Positions 1-8,611 of a stretch of 64,000 bases of DNA are shown in pieces. The notes below the pieces were generated by a model. That model saw only the letters and a program-made list of their open reading frames with translations. It did not search any database and was not told where the DNA came from. Made by a program: the position numbers and the translations under genes. Source of the DNA: an uncultured Bacillota bacterium (GTDB lineage: Bacteria; Sysuimicrobiota; Sysuimicrobiia; Sysuimicrobiales; Segetimicrobiaceae); the NCBI GenBank assembly GCA_963787105.1, contig CAWBBU010000006.1, positions 262,141-326,140 on the forward strand, given 5' to 3'. Every line of letters begins with the position of its first letter. Position 1 is the stretch's first letter.

Positions 1-31
1 GTCCTGGTGAGAGGCCTATTCAACAGCCAGC

Positions 32-2989
32 ATGAGAGCCACGCACAGCTATCCGCATTGGGGCGGGGAGGAGCCCCTCCGCCACCTCGCCGCCATCGTC
101 GAGTTGTCGGACGCTGCCATTTTCAGCCACACACTCGACGGGATCATCCTCAGCTGGAACGCAGCCGCGCAGCGGACCTACGGGTACTCCGCGGAAGAGG
201 CGATCGGGCGATCGATCGCGGTCTTGGTGCCGCCCGATCTTCCCGACGACACCCGCAGCGGCCTCGAACGGCTTGTGCGCGGGGAGCGGGTCGAGCCGTA
301 TGAGACCACACACGTTCGCAACGATGGGGCTCGCATCACGGTCGTCCTCACCATCTCGCCCATCAAGAACGTTGAGGGGAACGTCACAGGCGCCTCGACG
401 ATCGCGCATGAGATCTTAGAACGGACCCCGTCGGACGCTGCGTGTCGCCGGCGCCCTGCGGAGCGCTCTGTGGAGGATCAGCAGTACCGGAGCTTGTTCG
501 AGGGCATGCCGGTGGGTCTGTATCGGTGCACGCCGACCGGCAAGTTCCTGGACGTCAACCCCGCCTTTCTCCGCCTGCTGCGCTACCCGGACCTGCAGAC
601 CTTGACCATGAACACGGCCGCCGCGCTCTACGCGGACCCCGACGTTTGGGCACGTTGGATGACGACGCTGCGGTCCGAAGGCAAGATCACCGACTTCGAG
701 TGTCAACTGCGCCGGTACGACGGGACGCTCGTCTGGGTGCAGACGAGCGCGCACATGGTCCGCGGCGCCGACGGTACCGCCGAGTACCTCGAAGGCGCGA
801 TCATCGATATCACTGCGCGCAAGGACGCCGAAGACGAACTCCAGACCCGGACGACAAAGCTGGAGGCGTTCTACCACGTGGGCCGGCAGCTCCGGGAAGC
901 GCGCAGCGTCGAGGAGATGTATGGGCTCCTTGTCGACCACGCGATGCACCTGCTCGGCGCCGAGCACGGCACGCTGGCATTGTTCACCGAGGACCGGCGA
1001 AGCTTGCGGCGTGTATATGCCTCCGGGTTTCTCAGCGAACCCGGATCGGTGTTCCCGACCGCTGGCAGCCTGTCGGAAACCGTGGTCGAGACCGACCAAC
1101 CATTTATCGTCGCCGATCTCGCGTCCGGCGCCCCTCGGACGTGGAAAGATGGCGCCCACTTTCGCGAATTGGAGCCAGTTCTTATCGTGCCCGTGCGATC
1201 CGAGCGGGAAATCATCGGCACGCTGACCCTCGCACGGAAGCGCGCCACCGGCGTGCAGCCGTTTACCGAAGCCGACGTGCACTTCCTGACCGCGCTCGTG
1301 GAGATCGGGGGCACGGCCATCCGCCGGGCCCGGCTGTACGACGGACTCCAACAGGCGTATTTCCAGACTGTCCTCGCGCTGGCCGGTACCGTTGACGCCC
1401 GAGATTCTTATACGGGGTCTCACAGCGACGAGCTGGCCCGATGGGTGGAAGCCCTGGCCCGGCGGATGGGGTGCGGGGAAGACGAGGTGCGAGACATCCG
1501 ATGGGCCGCCCTGCTGCACGACATTGGCAAGATCGCTGTGCCGGACGAAATTCTCCGAAAAGAGGGGCCGCTCACCGATGAGGAGTGGGCGGTGATGCTT
1601 GCTCACCCCGTGATCGGAGAAGAGATCTTGCTCTTTGTTGACGGCATGCAGCGGGTTGCCACGATCGTTCGTTACCACCAGGAGCGATGGGATGGTACCG
1701 GGTATCCGGATGGTCTGCGCGGCGAGGACATTCCACTCGCGGTCCGTATCCTTACCGTGGCGGATGCCTTCGGCGCGATCGTGAACGATCGACCCTATCG
1801 CAGTGGGCGCCCAAGTGTTGAGGCGATCTCGGAGATTCGTCAGCACGCCGGGACGCAATTCGACCCCGCCGTCGTCGAGGCGTTTTGTCAGTTGGTGGCA
1901 GGGCACGAGGTCAACGCCGACAGGGCGCCGCGTCAGGCGGCCTACCTCTCGGACGACGGGCGCCAGCCGCCGGCTGCCTTGATCACACGGTCCCTCTCGA
2001 ATGCTCGGCGGGTTGCGCGAATTGTGCCGGCGATGGCCGATGTCGCCAGGCATCTCCTGCGGCCTCTCGATCTTCCGGCTGTCCTCGATGAAATCCTCAG
2101 CCTCATTCACGAAGTCTTCGGATACCCGATCTGCGCGATCTTCTTCGTCGACCAGTCAACACGCGAACTGCGCCTCCAGGCACAGCACGGGTATGATCCG
2201 GAGCTGACAAAGAGCATGTCGTTGCACGATGACACACGCGGCATCGCCGGCTGGGTCGCGGATCACGGACGCCCGTATTACGCCGCGGATGTGACGGCGG
2301 ATCCGTTGTACGTGACGGGCGCGTCTGAAGCTCGATCAAAGATCGTATACCCGCTGATCGTCGACGACATGGTGATCGGCGTCCTGGACGTGGAGAGCCC
2401 CGCCGTGGGTGGGTTCCCGAAGGAGATCCGCGACGTGCTTGAAGCGTTCGCGGTGCTCGCAGCGCTCGCGATTCTTCGGGCGCAGCGTGATGAAGATCTG
2501 ACGAGGCTCGCTCGCACTGACGGACTGACCGGGTTGGCCAACCATCGGGCGCTGTGGGAGGCGCTCGAGCGCGAAGTCGGCGCAACCGGGCGTACCGGTG
2601 CGCCATTGTCGCTCGTTGTTGTAGAGATCGATGGGTTCAAAGACATCAATGATCGGTTCGGGCACCTGCAGGGAGACATCATCTTGCGCGCCGTCGCGGA
2701 GACCCTGAGGGAGAATAGTCGGGTGACCGACCTTGCCTCTCGAGTGGGGGGAGATGAGTTTTTGCTCTTGTTGCCGGGTCTGGCAAAGGACACCGCCGCG
2801 TCGGTGGCTGAGCGCATTCGGCAGCACGTCGAGCAGACGCCAGTACCGGATGGGATCAAGCTTACGGTGAGCGTCGGCTTGGCATCCCTGCCCGCGGACG
2901 GTCACACGGCGCGTGCGCTCGCCGAGGCCGCGGACCAGGCGATGTACGCGGTGAAGCGTAATGGCGGCAACCGCATCAACGTGGCATGA
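32..2989 (+). CDS. Multidomain c-di-GMP signalling protein, PAS-PAS-GAF-HD-GYP-GAF-GGDEF
   Basis: 985-aa ORF with an in-frame TGA at 8-10 upstream. PAS-like N-terminus. LLHDIGK and YHQERWDGTGYP motifs mid-protein. C-terminal RVTD-x5-GGDEF (GGDEF codons 2747-2761). Confidence 0.85.
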   Translation: MRATHSYPHWGGEEPLRHLAAIVELSDAAIFSHTLDGIILSWNAAAQRTYGYSAEEAIGRSIAVLVPPDLPDDTRSGLERLVRGERVEPYETTHVRNDGARITVVLTISPIKNVEGNVTGASTIAHEILERTPSDAACRRRPAERSVEDQQYRSLFEGMPVGLYRCTPTGKFLDVNPAFLRLLRYPDLQTLTMNTAAALYADPDVWARWMTTLRSEGKITDFECQLRRYDGTLVWVQTSAHMVRGADGTAEYLEGAIIDITARKDAEDELQTRTTKLEAFYHVGRQLREARSVEEMYGLLVDHAMHLLGAEHGTLALFTEDRRSLRRVYASGFLSEPGSVFPTAGSLSETVVETDQPFIVADLASGAPRTWKDGAHFRELEPVLIVPVRSEREIIGTLTLARKRATGVQPFTEADVHFLTALVEIGGTAIRRARLYDGLQQAYFQTVLALAGTVDARDSYTGSHSDELARWVEALARRMGCGEDEVRDIRWAALLHDIGKIAVPDEILRKEGPLTDEEWAVMLAHPVIGEEILLFVDGMQRVATIVRYHQERWDGTGYPDGLRGEDIPLAVRILTVADAFGAIVNDRPYRSGRPSVEAISEIRQHAGTQFDPAVVEAFCQLVAGHEVNADRAPRQAAYLSDDGRQPPAALITRSLSNARRVARIVPAMADVARHLLRPLDLPAVLDEILSLIHEVFGYPICAIFFVDQSTRELRLQAQHGYDPELTKSMSLHDDTRGIAGWVADHGRPYYAADVTADPLYVTGASEARSKIVYPLIVDDMVIGVLDVESPAVGGFPKEIRDVLEAFAVLAALAILRAQRDEDLTRLARTDGLTGLANHRALWEALEREVGATGRTGAPLSLVVVEIDGFKDINDRFGHLQGDIILRAVAETLRENSRVTDLASRVGGDEFLLLLPGLAKDTAASVAERIRQHVEQTPVPDGIKLTVSVGLASLPADGHTARALAEAADQAMYAVKRNGGNRINVA

Positions 2990-3214
2990 CCTCGCTCTGA
3001 TTGCACTCCTCCGTTCTTGGCGACGCGTTGGATCACGTGACCCCGGGGAGTCGTCGCGATCGCTTCCAGGGAGCTTGGCCGGGCGAGGTGGCTTCGTTGA
3101 CAGCGTGTGACTCCACCGGCGGCCGCGCGCCAACCTCCATGCCTTGTCATCGACTCGTCGTGCGCCCGGGAGCGGACGGGGAGCTAGCCCGACCGGCGGC
3201 ACGAACTTACCGGC

Positions 3215-3301
3215 GGGCGAGTGTCGGAATGGCAGACGAGGCGGACTTAGAATTCGCTGGCCTGAATGGCCGTGTGGGTTCAAATCCCACTTCGCCCACC
3301 A
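3215..3301 (+). tRNA. tRNA-Leu (anticodon TAG), long variable arm, CCA encoded
   Basis: Hand-folded cloverleaf. Acceptor GGGCGAG/TTCGCCC. Anticodon stem GCGGA/TTCGC with loop CTTAGAA (TAG at 3248-3250). Variable stem GGCC/GGCC. T arm GTGGG-TTCAAAT-CCCAC. Confidence 0.9.
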
Positions 3302-3530
3302 GTAATTACTGGGCCCCCGCGCGTTCGCTATTTCGAGGTTCTGATCGAAAACTGCCCCGTGTACCTACTTTGTACTTACCTCGCCTTGAACCGTTCTATC
3401 CCCATATCTGCCTCAACTTGACACAGTTGCATTGTGGTATGCGGAGGCGTGATTGCGGGCCCCCAAGTTCGAACCGCTTCAGGAACCGATCAACATCTTC
3501 CGTCGATGACTCTCGGAACAAAATCGGCGT

Positions 3531-3571
3531 CAGGCCTCGGCTGTGACGCGAAGGCCTGCGGTCTGCGTCAC
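3531..3571 (-). terminator. Candidate 3' structure/terminator of the 377-aa gene: two interleaved 7-bp inverted repeats
   Basis: CAGGCCT (3531-3537) pairs with AGGCCTG (3552-3558). GTGACGC (3543-3549) pairs with GCGTCAC (3565-3571). On the minus strand the structure is followed by GATTTTGTT. The gene's stop codon (3568-3570) lies inside it. Confidence 0.3.
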
Positions 3572-4701
3572 GATACAGGCGGGTCGGCGCTCAAAAGTAC
3601 ACGACTTGCAGCGACGGGGTCGAGAACTTCGTGAGGCAGCCTGTGCTCGCGGTCGGATACCCATAGGGCTCCGACCTGGGAGGGAGTGCCCACGATGAAT
3701 CCGTAGTTGATGCCATATTGGACCCAGGCGGCCACAATCGGGGTGACGTTGATGGAGGCCTCCCGGGGCACGACGGTCGACTGGGCGAACGCGGAGGGGA
3801 CGAAGGGGCGGGTCAAGCTCCCATTCCCCCCGACGTACGCCTGGCACCAACGGCCGCTGCTGAGCGTGGCTTTCCCGGAGGCAAGGGCCACGGTTTGCGA
3901 CGGCGTGAGCGTCAAGGTGGCCGAATACAGCTTGTGTTTGGCGAGAGCTTTGAGATCGAGATCGAATACCGCGACCCCGAGCGCGTTGAACTGTGCGAAT
4001 GCGCCGTTGCCGGTCCCCTTACAGAGCGGCCAGACTCCCGTCTCGTTCCCGGCGTATACACCGCTCACGCTACTCCCGCCTACCTGCGTCGCCCTTTCGT
4101 GCAGGAGCCAGGGGAAGAACGCCGTGAAGGCGGAGCCGAAGTGGCTGTTGGCGGCTTTGAAATAGGCGGGGAATGCCGGGGCAGCCACGTCCGAACACGT
4201 GAGGTGAGCCGACGTCGTCACGGCGACGTTCGTGACCGTGTGGCTGGGCTTCAACGAGAGTGTAGTGGCCGCCCCGCCCGGAGCATAGCAGTAGTGTGAG
4301 CTGTCCGCGGAGGTCTGGCTGCCGACGGACGCCTGGACCGCGAAGCATTGGTTGGCGTAGCCCCCCGACGGCTTGTTCACCAAGTAGTAACGCGCCGTCC
4401 CCGTCGCCGCCCCCAAAAGATTGTGGCTGCCCCCGTCGACCCGGTACACCTTGTACCCGGTGACGGTTTTCACCGACTCGTCCCAGATCAGTTGAAGGAC
4501 GCCTGTACCCACGGCTGCATCACAGACAAACGCCGCGAGGCTGAGCGCCGCGGCGCAATCCGTTTTGCCTTGAACTGGGCGCAGATGGGTCGGCGAGGCA
4601 ACGACCCGGCCGGTGGCGGCGCCAGCGGGAAGCGGCGCTCCGAGGACGCACAGACCGAGGATCGTTGCGAGTAGGGTCAGGACAAAACGATGACACGGCA
4701 T
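3568..4701 (-). CDS. Secreted protein of unknown function (signal peptide; FN3-like segment; C-terminal beta-sandwich/carbohydrate-binding-like segment)
   Basis: Internal ATG at 4701 of the 465-aa ORF is preceded by GGGAGGTG. It starts MPCHRFVLTLLATILGLCVLGAPLPAGAATG (signal-peptide-like). GYKVYRVDGG and INVTPIVAAWVQYGINYGFIV motifs were read by eye only. Confidence 0.7.
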   Translation of the reverse strand: MPCHRFVLTLLATILGLCVLGAPLPAGAATGRVVASPTHLRPVQGKTDCAAALSLAAFVCDAAVGTGVLQLIWDESVKTVTGYKVYRVDGGSHNLLGAATGTARYYLVNKPSGGYANQCFAVQASVGSQTSADSSHYCYAPGGAATTLSLKPSHTVTNVAVTTSAHLTCSDVAAPAFPAYFKAANSHFGSAFTAFFPWLLHERATQVGGSSVSGVYAGNETGVWPLCKGTGNGAFAQFNALGVAVFDLDLKALAKHKLYSATLTLTPSQTVALASGKATLSSGRWCQAYVGGNGSLTRPFVPSAFAQSTVVPREASINVTPIVAAWVQYGINYGFIVGTPSQVGALWVSDREHRLPHEVLDPVAASRVLLSADPPVS

Positions 4702-4841
4702 CACGACAGCGCACCTCCCATGAGCGGAGCTTGTTGACCGATGGTGGAAGCCGTGAGGAGATACTCTGCCATACCCCACCTCCGTGACAGGCCCGCCGCC
4801 AGCGCAACGATGTAGGTGGCCGTTCTGGCGTAGTTCCGCAT
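4701..4841 (-). CDS. Unannotated 46-aa ORF, translationally coupled (TGATG) to the 377-aa gene
   Basis: ATG at 4841-4839 sits 8 nt after GGAGG. Translation is MRNYARTATYIVALAAGLSRRWGMAEYLLTASTIGQQAPLMGGALS. Its TGA (4703-4701) overlaps the downstream ATG. GC3 about 70%. Too short for the ORF track. Confidence 0.4.
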   Translation of the reverse strand: MRNYARTATYIVALAAGLSRRWGMAEYLLTASTIGQQAPLMGGALS

Positions 4842-4904
4842 CGCGTCTGCCTCCGTTGGAGTGTACCCGGCCTGAAGCCGAGCGTCGTGCGTCCGTTCTG
4901 CTTG

Positions 4905-5306
4905 TCATTTGGCAAAGATAAGCTGGTCTGTTCCAGCCACATGATAGATGGTCACCAAATGCCAACCACCCTGGGCCTGACTATTCAAAAAGTATGCGAG
5001 CGTAGCCGGACACTGGGGGTTCATGCCGCTCTGGGGATTCTGGCCGTTCCATAACCCCGGGCGGGTGCTCGTGCTGGAACTGGAACAGTATGATTCTGGC
5101 ATCCCAGACTTGGATTTTGCTGGCCCAAACCCCGAGGACACCCCAGGAGCGCCGGGGTAGTATTCGTTGGCCGGGAACGCTTGCTTCGCATTGAGGACCT
5201 CATACCGGGTCGGGTTAGCGGCCACTGACACAGAGTGACCTTCTCCCACGATGAACCCGATCACGAGCATGACCAAGCAACAGACGGTCAACAGCAGAGT
5301 GCGCAT
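4905..5306 (-). CDS. Small N-terminally anchored/secreted protein of unknown function
   Basis: 133-aa ORF preceded by GGAGGTGA. Hydrophobic N-terminus MRTLLLTVCCLVMLVIGFIV. Ser/Gly/Pro-rich middle. C-terminal GGWHLVTIYHV segment. Confidence 0.65.
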   Translation of the reverse strand: MRTLLLTVCCLVMLVIGFIVGEGHSVSVAANPTRYEVLNAKQAFPANEYYPGAPGVSSGFGPAKSKSGMPESYCSSSSTSTRPGLWNGQNPQSGMNPQCPATLAYFLNSQAQGGWHLVTIYHVAGTDQLIFAK

Positions 5307-5432
5307 GGTTACTCACCTCCGAAAGACAACCGCGATGTGCGCCTTTCGTGCGGAAACACGGCCGGTCCTCTGCAGGAAAGTCGATGATCGAGGACCTTCA
5401 AATCGTCGTGCGAACGCGATAATGAGTAGCAA

Positions 5433-5590
5433 ATGACCAAACAGTTTTTGACCCGTGATATCTCACGCCTTAAGGGTGTCAGCGCAGACGCGGTGCGGCG
5501 GACGATTCGTCGCGGCGTGATGCAGGCTCAGAAGGTTGGCCCACCAAGTAGTCGTACGTACTCTGTACTTCGGAGCTCCGAGGAGACACA
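5433..5590 (+). other. Excisionase/HTH_17-like ORF start without its own stop codon (likely remnant)
   Basis: MTKQFLTRDISRLKGVSADAVRRTIRRGVMQAQKVG resembles the excisionase-family HTH pattern (LT..e.a..lGVS...v.R.ir.G...a.KvG). No SD. The ORF continues in frame into the next gene. Confidence 0.35.
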
Positions 5591-5596
5591 AAAATC

Positions 5597-5682
5597 TCCG
5601 CGAACGGGCACGAATCGGATTGGCGAACTTCGTCTACGCGCCAGAATCTGTCAAGGATTTCCGCGAAGTCGTACGAATCGGA
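5597..5682 (+). repeat. Two 23-nt imperfect direct repeats 63 nt apart upstream of the nitroreductase-family gene
   Basis: TCCGCGAACGGGCACGAATCGGA (5597-5619) versus TCCGCGAAGTCGTACGAATCGGA (5660-5682), 19/23 identical. Nearby palindromes are GTACGTAC (5554-5561) and CGGAGCTCCG (5571-5580). Confidence 0.5.
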
Positions 5683-5750
5683 CCGAGTCGTGGTGGGCGA
5701 GCGGGCCGGAAATTTGCGTGGAACGTCATCGGATTGCCGCGGGCGAGGGG

Positions 5751-6182
5751 ATGAGTATGCGGCCACACGATCGGCACGATATGAATCAGAAGGTTGTGGA
5801 AGAGTTTCGAGCCAACCGTGGCGAGGTGGGCGGGCCGTTCCAGGGGGCTCCGCTGCTTCTCCTCCATCATGTGGGCCGCAAGACCGGCATCGAACGGGTC
5901 ACCCCGCTCGTCTACCAACCTGTCGGCGGCACGTGGGCCATTTTTGCGAGCAAGGCCGGGGCGCCGACGCACCCCGAATGGTACCTGAATTTGATGGCCA
6001 CTCCTCGCGCGACGATCGAGGTGGGCGCCGAGACCATCCCGGTGGCGGCTCGTACCGCGACGGGCACCGAGCGTGAAGCGATCTGGGACGCTCAGAAAAA
6101 GGCCATGCCCCGGTTCGCCGACTACGAAGTCAAGGCGGGCACACGGAGTATCCCCGTCGTGGTGCTCGAACGGATCAACTGA
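5751..6182 (+). CDS. Deazaflavin (F420)-dependent nitroreductase-family oxidoreductase (DDN-like)
   Basis: C-terminal 143 aa of the 249-aa ORF. NQKVVEEFRANRGEVGGPFQG..LLLLHHVGRKTG..APTHPEWYLNL matches the family signature. ATG at 5751 follows GAGGGG (alternative ATG at 5778). Confidence 0.8.
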   Translation: MSMRPHDRHDMNQKVVEEFRANRGEVGGPFQGAPLLLLHHVGRKTGIERVTPLVYQPVGGTWAIFASKAGAPTHPEWYLNLMATPRATIEVGAETIPVAARTATGTEREAIWDAQKKAMPRFADYEVKAGTRSIPVVVLERIN

Positions 6183-6418
6183 GCCGGGTGGATCATCATC
6201 CGGTGCCGGATCGTGTCGCAACGGACCCGCCACGACGCTGAAGACCCGTCCGTGGCATTCGCCGGCCGGGGCCGTTCCGCAGCGGGGTCACCTGGCCTCG
6301 CCTCCGCAGAGCATGAAGGACGTGCAAGTGATGCTGACCGGCGAACTTTACCGCATCGGCGCTTTCGCCGCACAGCCCGGCACGTTCCGTACGCTTGCTG
6401 ACGCGGCCCTGATCGAGG

Positions 6419-8236
6419 TCACGCCGACGCCGCGTTTGGCATCCCTCGTATGAGTTCGTCCAATTCGTCGCCATCCAGCGATTCCCGCGCCAGCAGCGCC
6501 TCGGCGATGCGCTCAAGGACCGCGCCGTGCTGGGTCAGCACCTGCCGGGCCCGACTGTAGCACTCGTCAATGATTCGTCGGACCTCGCTGTCGATCTCGA
6601 ACGCAATCTCATCGGAGTAGTTCCGGCTTTCTCCTGACGCACGCCCGAGAAATACCGATTCCTGCCGTGCTCCGAGTTTCAATGGACCGAGGCGCTCCGA
6701 CATCCCGAACTCGGTCACCATCCTCCGTGCCAGTTCGGTGGCCTGTTGGAAATCGCTGGCCGCCCCGGTGGTGATCTCCCCGAACGTGACGTCCTCGGCG
6801 ACGCGCCCGCCCAGCATGGCCGTGATATTCGCGAGGAGCTCGCCGCGCGTGCGCGTATACTTTTCCTCCTGCGGCACGAGCATCACGGAGCCGAGCGCCA
6901 TTCCGCGCGGCACGATCGTGACACGATAGGGCGGGGTGGCGTGGGGCAGCAGCTTTCCCAGCAGCGCGTGCCCGCCTTCGTGAAACGCCGTCAGCGTTCG
7001 TTCGTGCGGGCTCAACACCCGGCTCCGGCGCTCCGGCCCGCCAATCACCCGCTCGATCGCTTCGTCGAACTCCGCTTGGCTGATCCGAGTCCTGCTGCGG
7101 CGAACCGCGAGGAGCGCCGCCTCGTTCACCGTGCTCGCCAACTCGGCGCCGCTAAATCCCGCCGTGCGCTGCGCGACGTGGTCCAGGTTGACGTCCGGTT
7201 CGATCGGCTTGCCGCGCGCGTGCACGGTCAGAATGGCCCGGCGCCCACGTGCATCCGGGTGGTCCACCACGATCCGGCGGTCGAACCGTCCTGGCCGGAG
7301 CAGCGCCGGATCCAAAATGTCTGGCCGGTTCGTCGCCGCGATCACGATGATGCCGGAATTCGGAACGAACCCGTCCATCTCGACGAGCAGCTGATTCAGG
7401 GTTTGCTCGCGCTCGTCGTGCCCCGCGCCCGCCCCGGCGCTTCGCCGGCGTCCGGCCGCATCGATTTCGTCGATGAAGACCAGGCAGGGTGCCAATTTCT
7501 TCGCGTGCTCGAACAGATGCCGGACGCGGCTCGCCCCGACGCCGACGAACATCTCCACGAACTCGCTGCCCGAGATCGACAGAAAGGGCGCCTTCGCCTC
7601 GCCGGCGATCGCTTTTGCGAGCAGCGTCTTCCCGCTGCCCGGCGGGCCGACGAGCAGCACGCCTCGTGGAATCTTCGCGCCCAACTCCTGAAATTTTCCA
7701 GGGCTCCGAAGGAACTCGACGATCTCCGCGAGTTCTTCTTTCGCTTCTTCTACGCCCGCGACATCATCAAACGTGACCCGGGACTCGGCCTCGGCGTGAC
7801 GCCGTGCGCGGCTCTTTCCGAACGAGAGCATCTCCGGCCCGCCCGCGGATCGCTGGTGCGCCACCCACAATGCCAGCCCCAGCAGCAGACTGACCGCCAG
7901 GAGCGCCATGAGCCACTCGAGGGGACTTGTGCTGGCGGGTGGCGCGACCGTAATCGTGGCGTGGTTCGCTTCGAGCACCGCGAGGGCGGACGTGGCGCCC
8001 GCCGGCAGATATACGTGGAAATGCGCTCCGTGGACCACGCGCCCGCTGACCTGGTCGCCCTGCAGCACGACGCTCGTGATCCTGCCGGCACCGGCCAGCT
8101 CGAGAAACCTGCTGTAGGAGATCGGGGTGTCCTGCGACGGGCCGAGGCCGATCACGGCCAGCCACACCATGAGGCCGATGACGGCGACGGTCCCGGCAAT
8201 CGCGATCCTGATCCATCGACTCGGACGTCCAGGCAT
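6419..8236 (-). CDS. ftsH: ATP-dependent zinc metalloprotease FtsH
   Basis: 605-aa ORF with two N-terminal TM segments, Walker [14 protein letters not shown], an AAA core and the HEGGHAL zinc motif. Confidence 0.95.
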   Translation of the reverse strand: MPGRPSRWIRIAIAGTVAVIGLMVWLAVIGLGPSQDTPISYSRFLELAGAGRITSVVLQGDQVSGRVVHGAHFHVYLPAGATSALAVLEANHATITVAPPASTSPLEWLMALLAVSLLLGLALWVAHQRSAGGPEMLSFGKSRARRHAEAESRVTFDDVAGVEEAKEELAEIVEFLRSPGKFQELGAKIPRGVLLVGPPGSGKTLLAKAIAGEAKAPFLSISGSEFVEMFVGVGASRVRHLFEHAKKLAPCLVFIDEIDAAGRRRSAGAGAGHDEREQTLNQLLVEMDGFVPNSGIIVIAATNRPDILDPALLRPGRFDRRIVVDHPDARGRRAILTVHARGKPIEPDVNLDHVAQRTAGFSGAELASTVNEAALLAVRRSRTRISQAEFDEAIERVIGGPERRSRVLSPHERTLTAFHEGGHALLGKLLPHATPPYRVTIVPRGMALGSVMLVPQEEKYTRTRGELLANITAMLGGRVAEDVTFGEITTGAASDFQQATELARRMVTEFGMSERLGPLKLGARQESVFLGRASGESRNYSDEIAFEIDSEVRRIIDECYSRARQVLTQHGAVLERIAEALLARESLDGDELDELIRGMPNAASA

Positions 8237-8611
8237 CGTGCGGGCGAACTCCCTTCAGATAGTTCGGCGCTCGGGCGATCACGGCAGCCGACCCTCCGAA
8301 TGCCCCGGGCCCGCCGAGAACACCATGTGCGCGTTCGCACGGCGCCGGCCCGACGATGGGTTCGCGCTCTCCCGCGGTCCGGATGGCAGCAGGACCGCGG
8401 GGCGGGCGTGCCGTCGCGTGTTTTACCCTCTACCCTTGGAGACGTTGGATCGGGCGTTCTGTCTCGGACGGCGCGCCGCGGGCCCCGCGAAGGCGGGCTG
8501 CGAAGGGTCTGTGAGGAGGATCGGACGGGTCGGCGCGCGCCGGGCGATCCGCGCATCTCCGTGCCGGGCGCCCGGCCGGGAGGAGTTGTCTTTTCTCCCC
8601 CGAAAGTCCAG

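Larger units (their letters stand above)
3302..5546. mobile_element. Possible degraded integrated islet at tRNA-Leu (no integrase present)
   Basis: Composition drops right after the tRNA (about 53% GC by my count over 3301-3480). TTCGCCCACCA-GTA at 3291-3305 recurs as TTGGCCCACCAAGTA at 5536-5550. Content is orphan secreted/membrane genes plus an excisionase-like HTH ORF. Confidence 0.3.

Noticed and set aside
3455-3480. GGGCCCCCAAGTTCGAACCGC, resembling a tRNA T-arm fragment downstream of tRNA-Leu.
   Set aside because: No acceptor or anticodon arms can be built around it, and it does not repeat the tRNA-Leu 3' end.
5433-6182. The 249-aa ORF taken as a genuine HTH-nitroreductase fusion.
   Set aside because: The 100 residues between the HTH-like start and the enzyme domain are low-complexity and coincide with repeat- and palindrome-rich DNA. 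The enzyme family is normally about 140 aa and here has its own SD-preceded ATG at 5751.
6313-6453. A 46-aa ORF ([36 protein letters not shown]...) resembling the N-terminal HTH of MerR-family regulators.
   Set aside because: It has no SD, is truncated after the HTH, and its 3' end overlaps the ftsH stop region on the opposite strand. At best it is a gene remnant, with too little evidence to call.
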